Of a stretch of 64,000 nucleotides of DNA, positions 63,703 through 64,000 are shown piece by piece. The notes below the pieces were generated by a model that ran no database searches, had not been told where the DNA came from, and saw nothing but the letters and a program-made list of their open reading frames with translations. The position numbers and the translations under genes are program-made. Source of the stretch: Gemmatimonadota bacterium (lineage in GTDB: Bacteria; Gemmatimonadota; Gemmatimonadetes; Gemmatimonadales; GWC2-71-9); NCBI GenBank assembly GCA_025358055.1, contig JANYKV010000121.1, positions 585-64,584 on the forward strand. The letters are read 5' to 3'. Numbering within the stretch: the first letter of the stretch is position 1; each line of letters begins with the position of its first letter.

Positions 63703-64000
63703 ATGAAAGAAGCCGAACGCGCTCTCGATCAACTCCAACGCGCCTTCGCAGGCGACCCCTGGTACGGCGCACCCTTAATGGCCTTGCTGGAGGGTATCGA
63801 TGCCCCGATGGCCGCGGCCCACCCGATCCCTGCGGCGCATTCTATTTGGGAGATTGTACTCCACATCATCGCCTGGAAGAACGAAGTTCGAAAGCGCCTG
63901 GCCGGCAAAGCGCCGGCCGATCCCGAAGAGGGGGATTGGGTAAAGACCCCATCACCGACCGACACCGGTTGGAGAGCCACGATCGATCAACTCGAAATCG
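63703..64000 (+). CDS. DinB-family protein, N-terminal part; runs off the window end
   Basis: Absent from the ORF track (no stop in window). GAGGA RBS. My translation: MKEAERALDQLQRAFAGDPWYGAPLMALLEGIDAPMAAAHPIPAAHSIWEIVLHIIAWKNEVRKRLAG... (DinB_2-like, with HSIWEIVLH helix). Confidence 0.75.
   Translation, partial: MKEAERALDQLQRAFAGDPWYGAPLMALLEGIDAPMAAAHPIPAAHSIWEIVLHIIAWKNEVRKRLAGKAPADPEEGDWVKTPSPTDTGWRATIDQLEI

Noticed and set aside
1-64000. CRISPR arrays, rRNA/tRNA genes, transposases, integrases and prophage genes
   Set aside because: I looked for regularly spaced direct repeats, GGTTCGAATCC-type T-arms and DDE or tyrosine-recombinase motifs and found none. The only repeats are the two palindromic families and the intragenic Big_2 duplication.

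Overview
High-GC (about 65% by eye) chromosomal segment. The gene content suggests a Gemmatimonadota- or Acidobacteriota-like organism: four Hanks-type Ser/Thr kinases with a GGMATVYLA-type N-lobe, and PadR regulators paired with ATPase-less duplicated FtsX/MacB ('ADOP') permeases. I support about 50 protein genes, mostly housekeeping or envelope functions. These include lon, rsgA, a phosphofructokinase, a fused E1 alpha/beta dehydrogenase, a sigma-54 two-component pair, peptidases, amidohydrolases, a PQQ dehydrogenase operon and an Hpt-REC-GGDEF protein. I found no rRNA, tRNA, CRISPR array or intact mobile element. The most interesting signals are ones the ORF track misses. (1) A SelW/Rdx-family gene at 60216-60449 has an in-frame TGA inside a CxxU redox motif, so it is a candidate selenoprotein; its stop overlaps the pfk start. 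(2) A 546-bp low-GC non-coding region (62545-63090) holds two tandem sigma-54-type -24/-12 promoter matches on the + strand. The first is followed about 200 nt later by a perfect 11-bp UUCG-loop intrinsic terminator with no credible ORF between them, making it a candidate sigma-54-dependent small RNA. The second drives a small secreted Arg/Tyr/Asp-rich protein that has its own strong terminator. An A-tract/hairpin/T-tract dyad lies upstream of both. (3) Two families of extragenic palindromic repeats are present: a roughly 100-bp GTCWTCCCGAGC...GAGGGATCTC hairpin element at two loci, and a CTAG-centred CAGAGCTTCCCTAGGGAAGCTCTG palindrome at three loci. (4) There are decayed remnants of a RelE/ParE toxin and of a beta-lactamase-family hydrolase. 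All functional calls come from motif recognition by eye; no database search was run.
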